A stretch of 32,000 nt of DNA from Candidatus Methylomirabilis oxygeniifera (GCA_000091165.1 FP565575.1:2550001-2582000), one strand, 5' to 3'; shown: positions 1 through 10,566, counted from the first letter of the stretch. Made by a program: numbers and translations. The notes: generated by a model from the sequence alone, not told the origin.

Positions 1-1
1 C

Positions 2-496
2 CTTATCGGGGCGGAGGTAGAGTTGGCGCTCAGCCCGCATCGAGAGGCTCGCTTGAAGGAGGCGATGGGGACAGGAACAGATGCCTACGCCTTCGTCTTG
101 ATCGACTGCCCGCCTTCCCTTGGTCTGCTGACCGTCAATGCCCTGGCGGCAGCCCACTCTGTTCTGATCCCGCTTCAATGCGAGTACTATGCCCTGGAAG
201 GCCTGGCCAGGATCATGGAGGCTATTACCCTTTGTCGGGGGAAGCTGAACCCGGACCTTCAGGTCGAGGGAATCGTCCTAACCATGTACGACATGAGGCT
301 GAATATTTGCGAACAGGTAGAACAGGAAGTGCGGCGCCACTTCCCGCGAGGTGTCCTCAGAACGGTGATCCCCAGAAATGTGCGACTGAGTGAAGCGCCA
401 AGCTTCGGGAAGCCGGTTCTGCTGTATGACGGCCGCTCGTCAGGAGCCGAGAGCTATCTTCGCTTAGCCAAGGAGATCATCGATGGCGCAACGTAG
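2..496 (+). CDS. parA: ParA/Soj-type chromosome partitioning ATPase (5' end outside window)
   Basis: The open frame runs in from the window edge (frame of nt 2). Translation ...AYAFVLIDCPPSLGLLTVNALAAAHSVLIPLQCEYYALEGL...IPRNVRLSEAPSFGKPVLLYD is the conserved C-terminal part of Soj/ParA. TAG stop at 494-496; parB overlaps its end. Confidence 0.9.
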   Translation, partial: LIGAEVELALSPHREARLKEAMGTGTDAYAFVLIDCPPSLGLLTVNALAAAHSVLIPLQCEYYALEGLARIMEAITLCRGKLNPDLQVEGIVLTMYDMRLNICEQVEQEVRRHFPRGVLRTVIPRNVRLSEAPSFGKPVLLYDGRSSGAESYLRLAKEIIDGAT

Positions 497-1325
497 AGCC
501 CTCGGGAGAGGGCTGGAGACACTGATCCCCGCGGGCGATCCCTCCGGGGTGCTACAGATTCGGGTGGAAGAGATCGCGCTAGGCTCATCTCAGCCTCGCC
601 GTTCCATGAACGACTCCAAGCTTAACGAGTTGGCGTCTTCCATCAAGGCGCATGGGGTGCTGTTGCCTATCCTGCTTCGCCGGGAGGGCGGTCGGCTGGA
701 GGTGGTAGCCGGGGAGCGACGCCTCAGAGCTGCGCGAATGGCGGGGCTTGACACAGTTCCAGCCTTGGTCAAAGAGCTCTCCAGCAGCCAGGCGCTGGAA
801 GTGGCGTTAATAGAGAACCTGCAGCGGGAGGACCTGAATCCGATCGAGCAAGCCGAGGCGTACTTGAGGCTGCAGGACGAGTTTGGGTTGACTCAGGAAG
901 AGGTGGCTCGTCGGGTCGGTCGCGATCGTTCCTCCGTCGCGAACGCGCTGCGGCTGCTCAAGCTGCCAAAGCCGATCCAGGCCGACTTGGTGGAGGGCGT
1001 CCTATCTGAAGGGCATGCCCGCGCCCTACTGGGGCTGGACCGGACAGTCGACCAGATCAAGGTGCGCGACGAGGCGATTCGTCGGGGTCTGTCCGTGCGC
1101 ACCACCGAAGTATTGGTCCGACGGCTGAAACAGACCGATAGCGCTCCTCAACGACGTCAAACAGCGAGCGAGCCGGCGATTCTGGCTGCCGAAGACGCCC
1201 TTCGGCAGGCGCTCGGAACTAAGGTTCAAATTTGTAGAAAGGGCAAAGGGGGAACGATCGAGGTGGAGTTCTACTCGACGGGGGACCTCGACAGGATCTA
1301 CGAGCGGATATGCAGGCACGATTGA
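483..1325 (+). CDS. parB: ParB/Spo0J chromosome partitioning protein
   Basis: ATG 483 overlaps parA by 14 nt. N-terminal LGRGLETLIP, GERRLRAA ParB-box, HTH segment QEEVARRVGRDRSSVANALRLL; 280 aa. Confidence 0.92.
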   Translation: MAQRRALGRGLETLIPAGDPSGVLQIRVEEIALGSSQPRRSMNDSKLNELASSIKAHGVLLPILLRREGGRLEVVAGERRLRAARMAGLDTVPALVKELSSSQALEVALIENLQREDLNPIEQAEAYLRLQDEFGLTQEEVARRVGRDRSSVANALRLLKLPKPIQADLVEGVLSEGHARALLGLDRTVDQIKVRDEAIRRGLSVRTTEVLVRRLKQTDSAPQRRQTASEPAILAAEDALRQALGTKVQICRKGKGGTIEVEFYSTGDLDRIYERICRHD

Positions 1326-1333
1326 ATGGTGGG

Positions 1334-1349
1334 TGTTGCACGTGAAACA
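1334..1349. promoter_or_regulatory. parS centromere-like site
   Basis: TGTTGCACGTGAAACA matches the canonical palindromic parS TGTTTCACGTGAAACA at 15 of 16 positions. It lies 8 nt after the parB stop. Confidence 0.8.
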
Positions 1350-1363
1350 CTACAGAGGCGGGT

Positions 1364-2062
1364 TTGCTTAACCGAGCGGCGCAGGCGCTGGCCTTCCCCT
1401 TGGAAGATCGCAGGTGGCTGTCAAAGATCGCGATTGGCGGCAGCGTTGGACTCATCCTCGAAGCCCTCTTTGTGGCTGTTGGCTTTCTGCTCACACGAGA
1501 ATTCGCCCTTGCGGGATCTCTGCTGGCGCCGGCGGTCAACTTTCCCGTGCTGGGGTTTGCGCTGGCGACCTTTCAGGGCGCCCTGGCAGTCCCGCAGGCC
1601 GACTCACTGCCGCCGTGGAGCCGATGGTCGACCTTGTGTGCGAAGGGGTTGCTGCTGTTTATGCTCGCCCTGGCTTACGAGATCGTTCCGTTTCTCTTTG
1701 TGATTTCCGGCTTTGGCCTGTTGGTACGAGGGGGTGTAGCGCTGAACCTTGGCCTCGTCCTAATGCTGCTAGGAACGCTCACTGGAATCACTGCCGGTTT
1801 CTTTTTGCCGATGGGTGTTGCGTATTACCTGAAGGAACAGCGGCTTGAGGCCGTACTGCACCCGGCGGTGGTCTGGTTGCGGATCCGCAAGGTCCTGACC
1901 GAGTACGTAGAGGCCTACCTACTCTGTCTTGGGTCGTTCATTGTTGCAGGCCTGATCGGGGCCATCCCGATTCTGGGTCTCCTGGTGTGGCCGTTTCTGA
2001 CGTTTTATCTTTTGGTGGCGGGAGCCCGCCTTTTTGGAGCGATCTGCTCAGACGCGGGTTAG
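1364..2062 (+). CDS. Polytopic membrane protein, DUF4013-like
   Basis: 232-aa ORF with a TTG start per the ORF track and several long hydrophobic segments. The N-terminus AFPLEDRRWLSKIAIGG resembles DUF4013-type proteins (from memory, not searched). Start codon uncertain. Confidence 0.65.
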   Translation: MLNRAAQALAFPLEDRRWLSKIAIGGSVGLILEALFVAVGFLLTREFALAGSLLAPAVNFPVLGFALATFQGALAVPQADSLPPWSRWSTLCAKGLLLFMLALAYEIVPFLFVISGFGLLVRGGVALNLGLVLMLLGTLTGITAGFFLPMGVAYYLKEQRLEAVLHPAVVWLRIRKVLTEYVEAYLLCLGSFIVAGLIGAIPILGLLVWPFLTFYLLVAGARLFGAICSDAG

Positions 2063-2154
2063 CAACTGCGGCACCATCATACGTGGGGCGGGCGGCGGCC
2101 CGCTTGCCTACACCCTACATCCCAACTCCCATATCCTGAGTGTTTGGAGAATCC

Positions 2155-3330
2155 ATGGGCGTCTACCTTGACTATAACGCTACGACACCGATGCGGTTCG
2201 AAGCGGTGGAGGCCATGCGGCCCTATCTCGAATCGCATTTTGGTAATGCCAGTTCGGGTCACAGCCGGGGCAGAGAAGCCAAGCGAGCCCTCGAGGAGGC
2301 GCGTGAGGCCCTCGCATCGGCTCTCGTGGTGCGGGAGAAGGCGAGCGTGGTTTTTGTATCCGGGGGCACGGAGGCGGACAATCTGGCCGTCAAGGGCGCC
2401 GCATGGGCCGCCCGAGAGCGCGGACGCCACATCGTAACCTCGGTGGTCGAGCATCACGCCGTACTCGGCGCCTGCCGCACCCTGGAGACGCAAGGATTCG
2501 ATGTCACCTATCTGCCGGTCGATACCGAGGGCCTCATCGATCCGGAGGGGGTCAAGCAGAGCCTCCGGGCCGATACTACAGTGATCTCTCTTATGCACGC
2601 CAACAATGAGACCGGGGTTATCTGTCCGGTTGCTGAAATCGGACAGCTCGCGCGGGAGCGCGGGATTATCTTTCACACAGACGCTGTCCAGGCTTTCGGC
2701 CGCCTGCCGATCGATGTCGAAGCCCTGGGGGTCGATCTGCTGACGATTTCAGGGCACAAGATCTACGGACCGAAGGGAATCGGGGCCCTGTATGTCCGCC
2801 CAGGTGTTGAGGTCCTCCCCCAGATACACGGGGGTGGACAGGAACATGGCGTGAGGGCCGGGACGGAAAATGTTGCGGCAGCCGTCGGCATGGCCTGCGC
2901 GACGAGGCTCACGCTCGAATCGATGCCGACCGAGAACCGACGCCTGCGGGCGCTCCGGGATCGCCTCGAAGACGGCATTCTCGGTCGAATCCCTGGCGCG
3001 CGGCGGAATGGCGATCGGGATCAGCGGTTGCCCAACACCACCAATATCTCATTTCGGGGGATTCAGGCGGACGCTTTGATGGTCGCCCTGGATCTCGAGG
3101 GGGTGGAGGTGTCCGCTGGTGCCGCCTGCGCTGCCGGCTCGATCGAGATATCACATGTTCTGCGAGCGATGGGCCGAAGGCCGGAGATTGACGGGGGCGG
3201 GATCCGGTTTTCCTTAGGCGCCGGGACGACGGAGGCTGAAATCGAGCGCGTCCTTACGCTCTTGCCGCCACTGGTTGAGCAGATTCACGGGGCAACACTA
3301 CAGAGTGCAGGGGATAGGGTGCGGGCATAA
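2155..3330 (+). CDS. Cysteine desulfurase (NifS/IscS family, class V aminotransferase)
   Basis: YLDYNATTP near the N-terminus, PLP-lysine motif SGHKIYGPKGIGALY, Cys loop SAGAACAAGS. The ORF track starts at GTG 2140. ATG 2155, preceded by GGAGA (2146-2150), is the more likely start. Confidence 0.9.
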   Translation: MGVYLDYNATTPMRFEAVEAMRPYLESHFGNASSGHSRGREAKRALEEAREALASALVVREKASVVFVSGGTEADNLAVKGAAWAARERGRHIVTSVVEHHAVLGACRTLETQGFDVTYLPVDTEGLIDPEGVKQSLRADTTVISLMHANNETGVICPVAEIGQLARERGIIFHTDAVQAFGRLPIDVEALGVDLLTISGHKIYGPKGIGALYVRPGVEVLPQIHGGGQEHGVRAGTENVAAAVGMACATRLTLESMPTENRRLRALRDRLEDGILGRIPGARRNGDRDQRLPNTTNISFRGIQADALMVALDLEGVEVSAGAACAAGSIEISHVLRAMGRRPEIDGGGIRFSLGAGTTEAEIERVLTLLPPLVEQIHGATLQSAGDRVRA

Positions 3331-3340
3331 GGGGCAAGGG
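3310..3340 (+). repeat. G-tract heptamer-periodic repeat (G-quadruplex-type motif) spanning the desulfurase stop
   Basis: GGGG-ata-GGG-tgc-GGG-cataa-GGGG-caa-GGG: five G3+ tracts with loops of 5 nt or less. The first 12 nt, GGGGATAGGGTG, are identical to 7700-7711. Confidence 0.8.
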
Positions 3341-3348
3341 TACAATCC

Positions 3349-4452
3349 GTGGGTCGCAAATCGAGAGTCGTTGTGGCGATGAGCGGCGGGGTTGACAGCG
3401 CCGTGGCTGCCGCCTTGCTGATCGAGCAGGGGTATGAGGTTGTTGGGATCAGCCTGAAACTGTTGCCTGAAGGAGCGGGAAACGGCTCCGAGCGGGCCGA
3501 TCGCTGCTGTTCTGTCAAAGACGCTGAGGATGCGCGGCTCGTCGCCGCACAACTCGGCATTCCCTATTACATCCTGAATTACGAGTCGCAATTTCAGCGC
3601 GAGGTCATCCGAGAGTTTACCGAGGCCTATCTTGGCGGCCTCACTCCGAACCCCTGCGTGCGCTGTAATGAGCTAATCAAGTTCGGCTCGCTGCTGCAGC
3701 AGGCGCTGGGGCTGGGGGCTAAGCGCCTGGCGACGGGTCATTATGCGAGGGTTGAGCGGGAGGACATGCGCGGCCGCTACCTGCTGCGCCGCGGGGTCGA
3801 CGAGGAGCGGGACCAAAGCTACTTCCTGTACAGTCTGACCCAGGAGCAGCTTGCTGGAATCTGCTTTCCTGTTGGTCATATGACTAAGGATCAGGTTCGA
3901 GAACGGGCTGCCGCCTACGGTCTTCGGATCGCCGCTAAGGCCGATAGTCAGGACCTCTGCTTTGTCGGCCACGATTACCGGACCTTCCTCCAGGAGCGGT
4001 GTGGAGACCGTCTGAGGCCGGGCCCGATTACAGATCGTACCGGTCGGATCCTCGGGCAGCACGAGGGCGTGGCGCTCTATACCGTAGGTCAGCGTAACGG
4101 TCTAAGGCTGGCCAGCGGCCCTTTTTACGTGATCCGGCTTGATCCGCAGACCAACGCGGTCGTTGTAGGCAGACGAGATGAGCTGCTGCGACGCGAATTT
4201 GTGGCCGAGAGGCTCAACCTCGTAGCGTATGATCGCTTGACCGCTGAGCGTCCTGTTCTGGTAAAGGTTCGCTCCCGCCAAGCCGCAATGCCGGCCACAA
4301 TCTTACCCCTCGGTGATAGTCGGATACGAGTCCGATGGCACCAGGCCCAGCCCGCTGCTGCGCCGGGTCAGGCGGCCGTGTTCTATGATGCGGCAGAACC
4401 CGACCTCCTTGTGGGTGGCGCCACTGTTGCGGCGGACCAGGAGACGCAGTAA
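3349..4452 (+). CDS. mnmA: tRNA 2-thiouridine(34) synthase MnmA
   Basis: PP-loop VVAMSGGVDSAVAA and conserved Cys-containing segments (RCCSVKD, PCVRCN); 367 aa; GTG start. It is adjacent to a cysteine desulfurase, as in the Bacillus yrvO-mnmA pair. Confidence 0.92.
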   Translation: MGRKSRVVVAMSGGVDSAVAAALLIEQGYEVVGISLKLLPEGAGNGSERADRCCSVKDAEDARLVAAQLGIPYYILNYESQFQREVIREFTEAYLGGLTPNPCVRCNELIKFGSLLQQALGLGAKRLATGHYARVEREDMRGRYLLRRGVDEERDQSYFLYSLTQEQLAGICFPVGHMTKDQVRERAAAYGLRIAAKADSQDLCFVGHDYRTFLQERCGDRLRPGPITDRTGRILGQHEGVALYTVGQRNGLRLASGPFYVIRLDPQTNAVVVGRRDELLRREFVAERLNLVAYDRLTAERPVLVKVRSRQAAMPATILPLGDSRIRVRWHQAQPAAAPGQAAVFYDAAEPDLLVGGATVAADQETQ

Positions 4453-4470
4453 GCGGTGGGCAAAAAAGGC

Positions 4471-4499
4471 TTGACAAATCTCAATCGGTAGGGCAAGCT
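4471..4499 (+). promoter_or_regulatory. Possible sigma70-type promoter of the atp operon
   Basis: Perfect -35 TTGACA (4471-4476), 17-nt spacer, weak -10 CAAGCT (4494-4499; only the A2 and T6 positions fit). Confidence 0.3.
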
Positions 4500-4984
4500 T
4501 GAGCGAGTTTTCACGATCTTCAGAGCTGCCAGGTCCGTTTCAAGGGATCCGGCAGCGCTTTTTTGCCGGTGGTATGAACGAGCGGGAGCAGTTCGTCAGA
4601 GGTACGCTGGTAGGCGCGCTCGGCCTCGTTATGGCCGGGCTCGTCGGTTTTGGGCTGTTCGGGAAGTGGGATTGGGCCTTGGGTCTCGCCGCCGGCGCTC
4701 TCGTCAGCTTGTTTAGCTTTCGGCTCATTGTCCAAACCGTGGTCCGTCTCACCGAGCGCCAGGCGCCTCGGTCGCGTGGTCAACAGTACTGGTGGATCCG
4801 ATCTATCCTGAGACTCCTCGGGGTCGCCGTCATCGTCTTCTTCGCGATCGTTTACCTGCCCGTAAATCTGATCGGGATGGCGCTCGGCCTGCTGGCGGTT
4901 CAGCTTGGGATGGGTGGGTATTTCGTCGTTCGTTCGTCGCTTTCGGACAGCAGCAATACTGGGATGGAGGATCAGCAGTTATGA
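4499..4984 (+). CDS. Small membrane protein at the head of the atp operon (AtpI/AtpZ-like by position)
   Basis: 161-aa ORF (TTG 4499; alternative in-frame ATG 4574) with 3-4 hydrophobic segments. Its stop overlaps the atpF start (ATGA at 4981-4984). The family call rests on position and topology only. Confidence 0.5.
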   Translation: MSEFSRSSELPGPFQGIRQRFFAGGMNEREQFVRGTLVGALGLVMAGLVGFGLFGKWDWALGLAAGALVSLFSFRLIVQTVVRLTERQAPRSRGQQYWWIRSILRLLGVAVIVFFAIVYLPVNLIGMALGLLAVQLGMGGYFVVRSSLSDSSNTGMEDQQL

Positions 4985-5586
4985 CGAAGGATCGCATGCG
5001 GCTTGTCGCAACTGCGGCCTGCTTCCTTGGCCTGGCGTTTCTCGCGGCTTTCCCTGTTTGGGCCGCCGAGGAGGCCCATGGCGGAGGGGAGCAGCCCGGG
5101 ATCATCAACCTGAACATGACGCTGCTCGTTCAGGTTGTGAACTTTCTCATTTTGATCGCTGTGTTGTACAAATTTCTGTTCACGCCGCTTACCCAGTTCC
5201 TGGCGACGCGGGCCGATGGCATTAAGCGTTCGCTGGAAGAGGCGAAGGCAGCCAGAGAGGCCGCCGCCCAGACCCAGAAGGAGTACGAAGCACAGATTCT
5301 CGCGACCCGGCGGGAGGCTGCCGCTATGCGGGAGTCGGCGATCCGTGAGGTCGAGGAGGAGCGACAGCGACTGCTCAAGGTGTCGCGCGAAGAGGCTACC
5401 CGTCTTGTGACCGAGGCCAAGGCGCAGATCGAGCAGGAGGTCAAAAGGGCGAAGGCCGAGCTTCGTGCGGAGGTGGTCGGTCTCTCGCTTGGGGTTGCGG
5501 AGCGCGTCATCGCCCGTAGCCTGACGACCGATGATCATCGCCGTCTGGCGGAGCAGGTGGTGGCCGAGATTGGGAGTGGCCGGTGA
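4981..5586 (+). CDS. atpF: F-type ATP synthase subunit b
   Basis: ATG 4981 is Met64 of the 4792 ORF-track entry; the upstream part overlaps the previous gene in another frame. The protein has an N-terminal signal/TM-like segment, a TM helix LLVQVVNFLILIAVLYKFLF, then a long charged helix (EEAKAAREAAAQTQKEYEAQILATRREAAAMRE...). Confidence 0.85.
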   Translation: MTKDRMRLVATAACFLGLAFLAAFPVWAAEEAHGGGEQPGIINLNMTLLVQVVNFLILIAVLYKFLFTPLTQFLATRADGIKRSLEEAKAAREAAAQTQKEYEAQILATRREAAAMRESAIREVEEERQRLLKVSREEATRLVTEAKAQIEQEVKRAKAELRAEVVGLSLGVAERVIARSLTTDDHRRLAEQVVAEIGSGR

Positions 5587-6134
5587 GAGCCGGCGGTCTC
5601 GCCAGAAGGTACGCCAAGGCGCTGGCAGACGTTGCGGCCGAGCAGCAACTGCTGGAGACGGTCGGATCTGACCTCCGCGCGGTTGTAGAGACGATGAAAC
5701 GAACCCGCGAGGTGGCTACTTTCTTTGCGAGTCCCGCCGTCCCGCTGACCGATAAACGGCGCATCCTGCACACGATCGCGGAAGGGGTGGGGGTGAAGCC
5801 GCTGACCACGAACTTTCTGAATCTGATCCTGGAGAAACGACGACTCCCGCACCTCGGAGAGATGGCCCTCGCCTATGAGGAACTGACCGATGAGCGGCTG
5901 GGTCGCGGGAAGGCCACAGTGACTTCAGCGATCCCACTGTCCGAGCCGATCATTCACGGGCTCCAGGAGCGCCTGCGAATGGCGACGGGGAAAGAGATCT
6001 ATCTGGAGACTCGAGTCGACCCTTCCATCGTGGGCGGGTTTGTTGCGCAGATCGGCAGCACCATCTACGATGGGTCCGTACGGACACAACTGAAAAAGGT
6101 GCGCGAGCACCTGCTGAAGAGCGAGTATCGCTGA
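5583..6134 (+). CDS. atpH: F-type ATP synthase subunit delta (OSCP)
   Basis: GTG 5583 overlaps the atpF stop (GTGA). 183 aa, lying between b and alpha; the C-terminal IVGGFVAQIGSTIYDGSVRTQLKKV is typical of delta. Confidence 0.88.
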   Translation: MRAGGLARRYAKALADVAAEQQLLETVGSDLRAVVETMKRTREVATFFASPAVPLTDKRRILHTIAEGVGVKPLTTNFLNLILEKRRLPHLGEMALAYEELTDERLGRGKATVTSAIPLSEPIIHGLQERLRMATGKEIYLETRVDPSIVGGFVAQIGSTIYDGSVRTQLKKVREHLLKSEYR

Positions 6135-6152
6135 TACTGAAAGGGCACCGGA

Positions 6153-7679
6153 ATGGCGCAGATCAAAGCGGAAGAGATCACCGAAATTATCAAGCAGCAA
6201 CTGGCCGGGTACGAGGCGCTTGTTGATGTCGCGGAGGTCGGCACCGTCATCGAGGCGGGCGACGGGATCGCTCGCATCTATGGTCTGGAAAAGGCCATGG
6301 CCGGCGAGCTTCTGGAGTTTCCGCACGACGTCTTCGGCATGGTGCTGAACCTTGAGGAGGATAACGTCGGCGCGGTCCTGCTGGGCGAGGCCGAAGCGAT
6401 CAGGGAGGGTGATCTGGTCAAGCGGACGGGCCGGATCGCCTCTGTGCCGGTGGGCGAGGCGCTGGTGGGGAGGGTGGTGAACGCTCTGGGCCTGCCGATC
6501 GACGGCAAGGGACCGATTGACGCCACAGAGCTTCGACCCATTGAGCGGTTGGCCCCCGGGGTCGTGGACCGCCGACCGGTCAAGGAGGCGCTTCAGACCG
6601 GTATCAAGGCTATCGATGCCATGATCCCGATCGGTCGGGGACAGCGCGAGTTGATCATCGGCGACCGGCAGACCGGTAAGACCGCCGTCGCTATTGACGC
6701 CATCATCAACCAGAAGGGCAAAGACGTCTTCTGTGTCTACGTGGCTGTCGGTCAGAAGCGGTCCACCGTCGCCCAGGTGGTGAAGACGCTGGAAGAGGCC
6801 GGGGCTATGGCCTACACCACGGTTGTTGCGGCCACTGCCTCCGAACTGGCGCCGCTCCAGTATATCGCCCCCTATGCCGGCTGCGCGATAGGCGAGTATT
6901 TCCGGGACTCCGGGCGTCACTCCCTTTGCATCTACGACGACCTGTCCAAGCATGCCCAGGCCTACCGCCAACTCTCACTGCTGCTGCGCCGGCCGCCGGG
7001 CCGCGAGGCCTATCCGGGCGATGTCTTCTACCTGCACTCGCGCCTTCTGGAGCGGGGGGCTAAGCTGAATGACGATCTGGGCGGGGGGTCGCTGACCGCA
7101 CTGCCGATCATCGAAACCCAGCTTGGCGACGTCTCGGCCTACATCCCGACCAACGTGATCTCGATCACCGATGGTCAGATCTATCTGGAAACCGATCTGT
7201 TCTTCGCCGGCATCCGGCCAGCCATCAACGTCGGCCTGTCGGTCTCCCGGGTCGGCGGCTCGGCCCAGATCAAGGCGATGCGGCAGGTGGCCGGTAAACT
7301 TCGACTGGACCTGGCGCAGTATCGGGAGATGGCCGCATTTGCCCAATTCGGGAGCGAATTGGACAAGGCCACCCAGGCCCAGCTCAATCGGGGCGCGCGA
7401 ATGGTCGAGGTGCTGAAGCAGGGACAGTATGTGCCCCTCGAGGTCGAACGGCAGATCCTGATTATCTACGCGGGGACGGCGGGCCACCTGGACGAGCTGC
7501 CGGTTGACGCGGTGTTACAATTCGAAGGGATGTTGCACAAATCCGTCGAGGGGCGGTATCCGGGCATCTTTCAGGAGATCAAGGAAAAGCGCGAGCTTAG
7601 CGATGCCCTCCGCGCCCAGATGGATCAAGCGATTACCGAGTGCAAGGCGGAGTTTCTGGCGGCCCGAAAGGCGGCATAA
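6153..7679 (+). CDS. atpA: F-type ATP synthase subunit alpha
   Basis: 508 aa; Walker A GDRQTGKT; canonical ...[45 protein letters not shown]. Confidence 0.97.
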   Translation: MAQIKAEEITEIIKQQLAGYEALVDVAEVGTVIEAGDGIARIYGLEKAMAGELLEFPHDVFGMVLNLEEDNVGAVLLGEAEAIREGDLVKRTGRIASVPVGEALVGRVVNALGLPIDGKGPIDATELRPIERLAPGVVDRRPVKEALQTGIKAIDAMIPIGRGQRELIIGDRQTGKTAVAIDAIINQKGKDVFCVYVAVGQKRSTVAQVVKTLEEAGAMAYTTVVAATASELAPLQYIAPYAGCAIGEYFRDSGRHSLCIYDDLSKHAQAYRQLSLLLRRPPGREAYPGDVFYLHSRLLERGAKLNDDLGGGSLTALPIIETQLGDVSAYIPTNVISITDGQIYLETDLFFAGIRPAINVGLSVSRVGGSAQIKAMRQVAGKLRLDLAQYREMAAFAQFGSELDKATQAQLNRGARMVEVLKQGQYVPLEVERQILIIYAGTAGHLDELPVDAVLQFEGMLHKSVEGRYPGIFQEIKEKRELSDALRAQMDQAITECKAEFLAARKAA

Positions 7680-7684
7680 GAACA

Positions 7685-7717
7685 GGGTTTAGGGTATATG
7701 GGGATAGGGTGTAGGGG
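7685..7717 (+). repeat. G-tract heptamer-periodic repeat (G-quadruplex-type motif) in the atpA-atpG spacer
   Basis: GGG-ttta-GGG-tatat-GGGG-ata-GGG-tgta-GGGG: five G3+ tracts with loops of 5 nt or less, filling most of the 44-nt spacer. It shares GGGGATAGGGTG with 3310-3321. Confidence 0.8.
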
Positions 7718-7723
7718 TTAGAA

Positions 7724-8596
7724 TTGGCGACATTACGCGATATTAAGCGGCGCATTACGTCAGTCAAAAGCACGCAGCAGATCACCAAGGCGATGAAGCT
7801 GGTGGCGGCAGCCAAGCTGCGCCGCGCCCAGGAGCGTATCCTGGAGGCCCGCCCCTATGCCTTTAAGATGCAGGAGGTGCTGGCCAGCCTCGCCCTGAGG
7901 GCCGATCCCCAGTATCATCCGCTGCTGTGCCGACGCGAAACCGGCAAAAAGATCATAGTGGTCATCGCTGCCGACAAGGGACTCTGTGGCGGGTTTAACA
8001 GCAATATCATGCGCCGGTCGCTGGAGGTGCTCCGCACAACACCCGGCGAAACGACCGTCACGCTGGTCGTAGTCGGGCGCAAGACGCGCGATTTCTATCG
8101 GCGCCGCCCCTATGCGATCCGGTCGGAACAGATCGGTTTTTTCGATCGGTTGGCGTATGACCATGCGGCCGCGTTGGGCCGCGACCTGGCGAATGCCTAC
8201 GTGGCTGAAGAGGCGGACGAGATCCATCTGATCTATAATGAGTTCAAGTCGGTCGCGACGCAGCGGGTTGTGGTGGAGCGATTACTCCCGATCGAGCCGT
8301 TGCAAGCCCCTGAGGAGCTGGCCGCCATCGACTTTATTTACGAACCATCGCCGCAGGTGATCCTGGAGGGTCTGCTGCCCAAACATGTTGAGGTGCAGGT
8401 GTACAGGGCGCTCATGGAATCGTTGGCTGGTGAGTACGGCGCCCGGATGACCGCTATGGATGCGGCGAGCAAGAACGCCTCAGAGATGATCGACCTGCTG
8501 ACGTTGCAGTTCAACAAGGCGCGGCAGGAACGAATCACCAGGGAGCTGCTCGAGGTTGTCGGTGGGGCCGAGGCGTTGCGGGCGGCTAAGGGATAG
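7724..8596 (+). CDS. atpG: F-type ATP synthase subunit gamma
   Basis: TTG start gives the canonical gamma N-terminus MATLRDIKRRITSVKSTQQITKAMKLVAAAKL; 290 aa. Confidence 0.93.
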   Translation: MATLRDIKRRITSVKSTQQITKAMKLVAAAKLRRAQERILEARPYAFKMQEVLASLALRADPQYHPLLCRRETGKKIIVVIAADKGLCGGFNSNIMRRSLEVLRTTPGETTVTLVVVGRKTRDFYRRRPYAIRSEQIGFFDRLAYDHAAALGRDLANAYVAEEADEIHLIYNEFKSVATQRVVVERLLPIEPLQAPEELAAIDFIYEPSPQVILEGLLPKHVEVQVYRALMESLAGEYGARMTAMDAASKNASEMIDLLTLQFNKARQERITRELLEVVGGAEALRAAKG

Positions 8597-8610
8597 AGGC
8601 AGCCGCCTTT

Positions 8611-10072
<1,462 letters not shown>

Positions 10073-10127
10073 GCCGCCTATAACGCAACAGACGCAAGAG
10101 ACTCAATAGACGTTTTTCGGGAAAGTT

Positions 10128-10559
10128 ATGGCAGAACAGCATAGTCCGACTTTTATGCTCGAGGTGGTGACGCCTCAACGGCTGATCATCAGCGAAGAGG
10201 TCGAAGAGCTGATGGCCCCCGGCCAGGAGGGGTATTTCGGCGTCTGGCCCGGCCACACCCCCTTTATGACGACGCTGAAGATTGGCGAGCTGTCCTATAC
10301 GCGAGGGCGGAAAGAGCGGTTTCTGGCCGTTGACTGGGGGTATGCGGAGGTTCGTTCCGACAAGGTGATTATCCTGGTGGAGTCGGCGGAGCGGCCGGAG
10401 GAGATCGACCTGGCCAGGGCTCAACAAGCAAAGGTGCGAGCCGAGGAGCGGCTACGTCAGTTTGCGGACGAAGCCATCGATCATGCCAGAGCCCAGGCCG
10501 CCCTTGAGCGAGCGCTTGCCAGAATGGCGGTCGCCGCCAAGGGGCGACCATCGGAATGA
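10128..10559 (+). CDS. atpC: F-type ATP synthase subunit epsilon
   Basis: 143 aa directly after atpD, with a beta-sandwich N-terminal half and a helical Ala/Arg/Glu-rich C-terminal half typical of epsilon. Confidence 0.88.
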   Translation: MAEQHSPTFMLEVVTPQRLIISEEVEELMAPGQEGYFGVWPGHTPFMTTLKIGELSYTRGRKERFLAVDWGYAEVRSDKVIILVESAERPEEIDLARAQQAKVRAEERLRQFADEAIDHARAQAALERALARMAVAAKGRPSE

Positions 10560-10566
10560 GGCGGGC

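Noticed and set aside
4792-4980. Longer atpF start from the ORF track (264 aa).
   Set aside because: The first 63 codons overlap the preceding membrane-protein gene in another frame and translate to Arg-rich nonsense. ATG 4981 gives an ATGA stop-start overlap and a normal b-subunit N-terminus.
5925-6971. 348-aa minus-strand ORF, and many similar long antisense ORFs in the track (e.g. 2077-2676, 4972-5538, 9452-10066, 10972-11604, 18022-18666, 27451-28029, 30357-31148).
   Set aside because: They lie antisense to, or out of frame with, genes of unmistakable identity (atpA, atpD, aroF, thrB, glpX, aspS). Their translations are Arg/Pro/Gly-rich and low-complexity, typical of shadow ORFs in GC-rich DNA. 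No SD signals.
10462-10566. Longer aroF start from the ORF track (373 aa), and likewise the long starts for ridA (12377), typA (16540), the FKBP gene (16778), aspS (29406) and the PqqD gene (24411).
   Set aside because: In each case an internal ATG with a good SD reproduces the family-typical N-terminus. The extension overlaps an upstream gene or a repeat.
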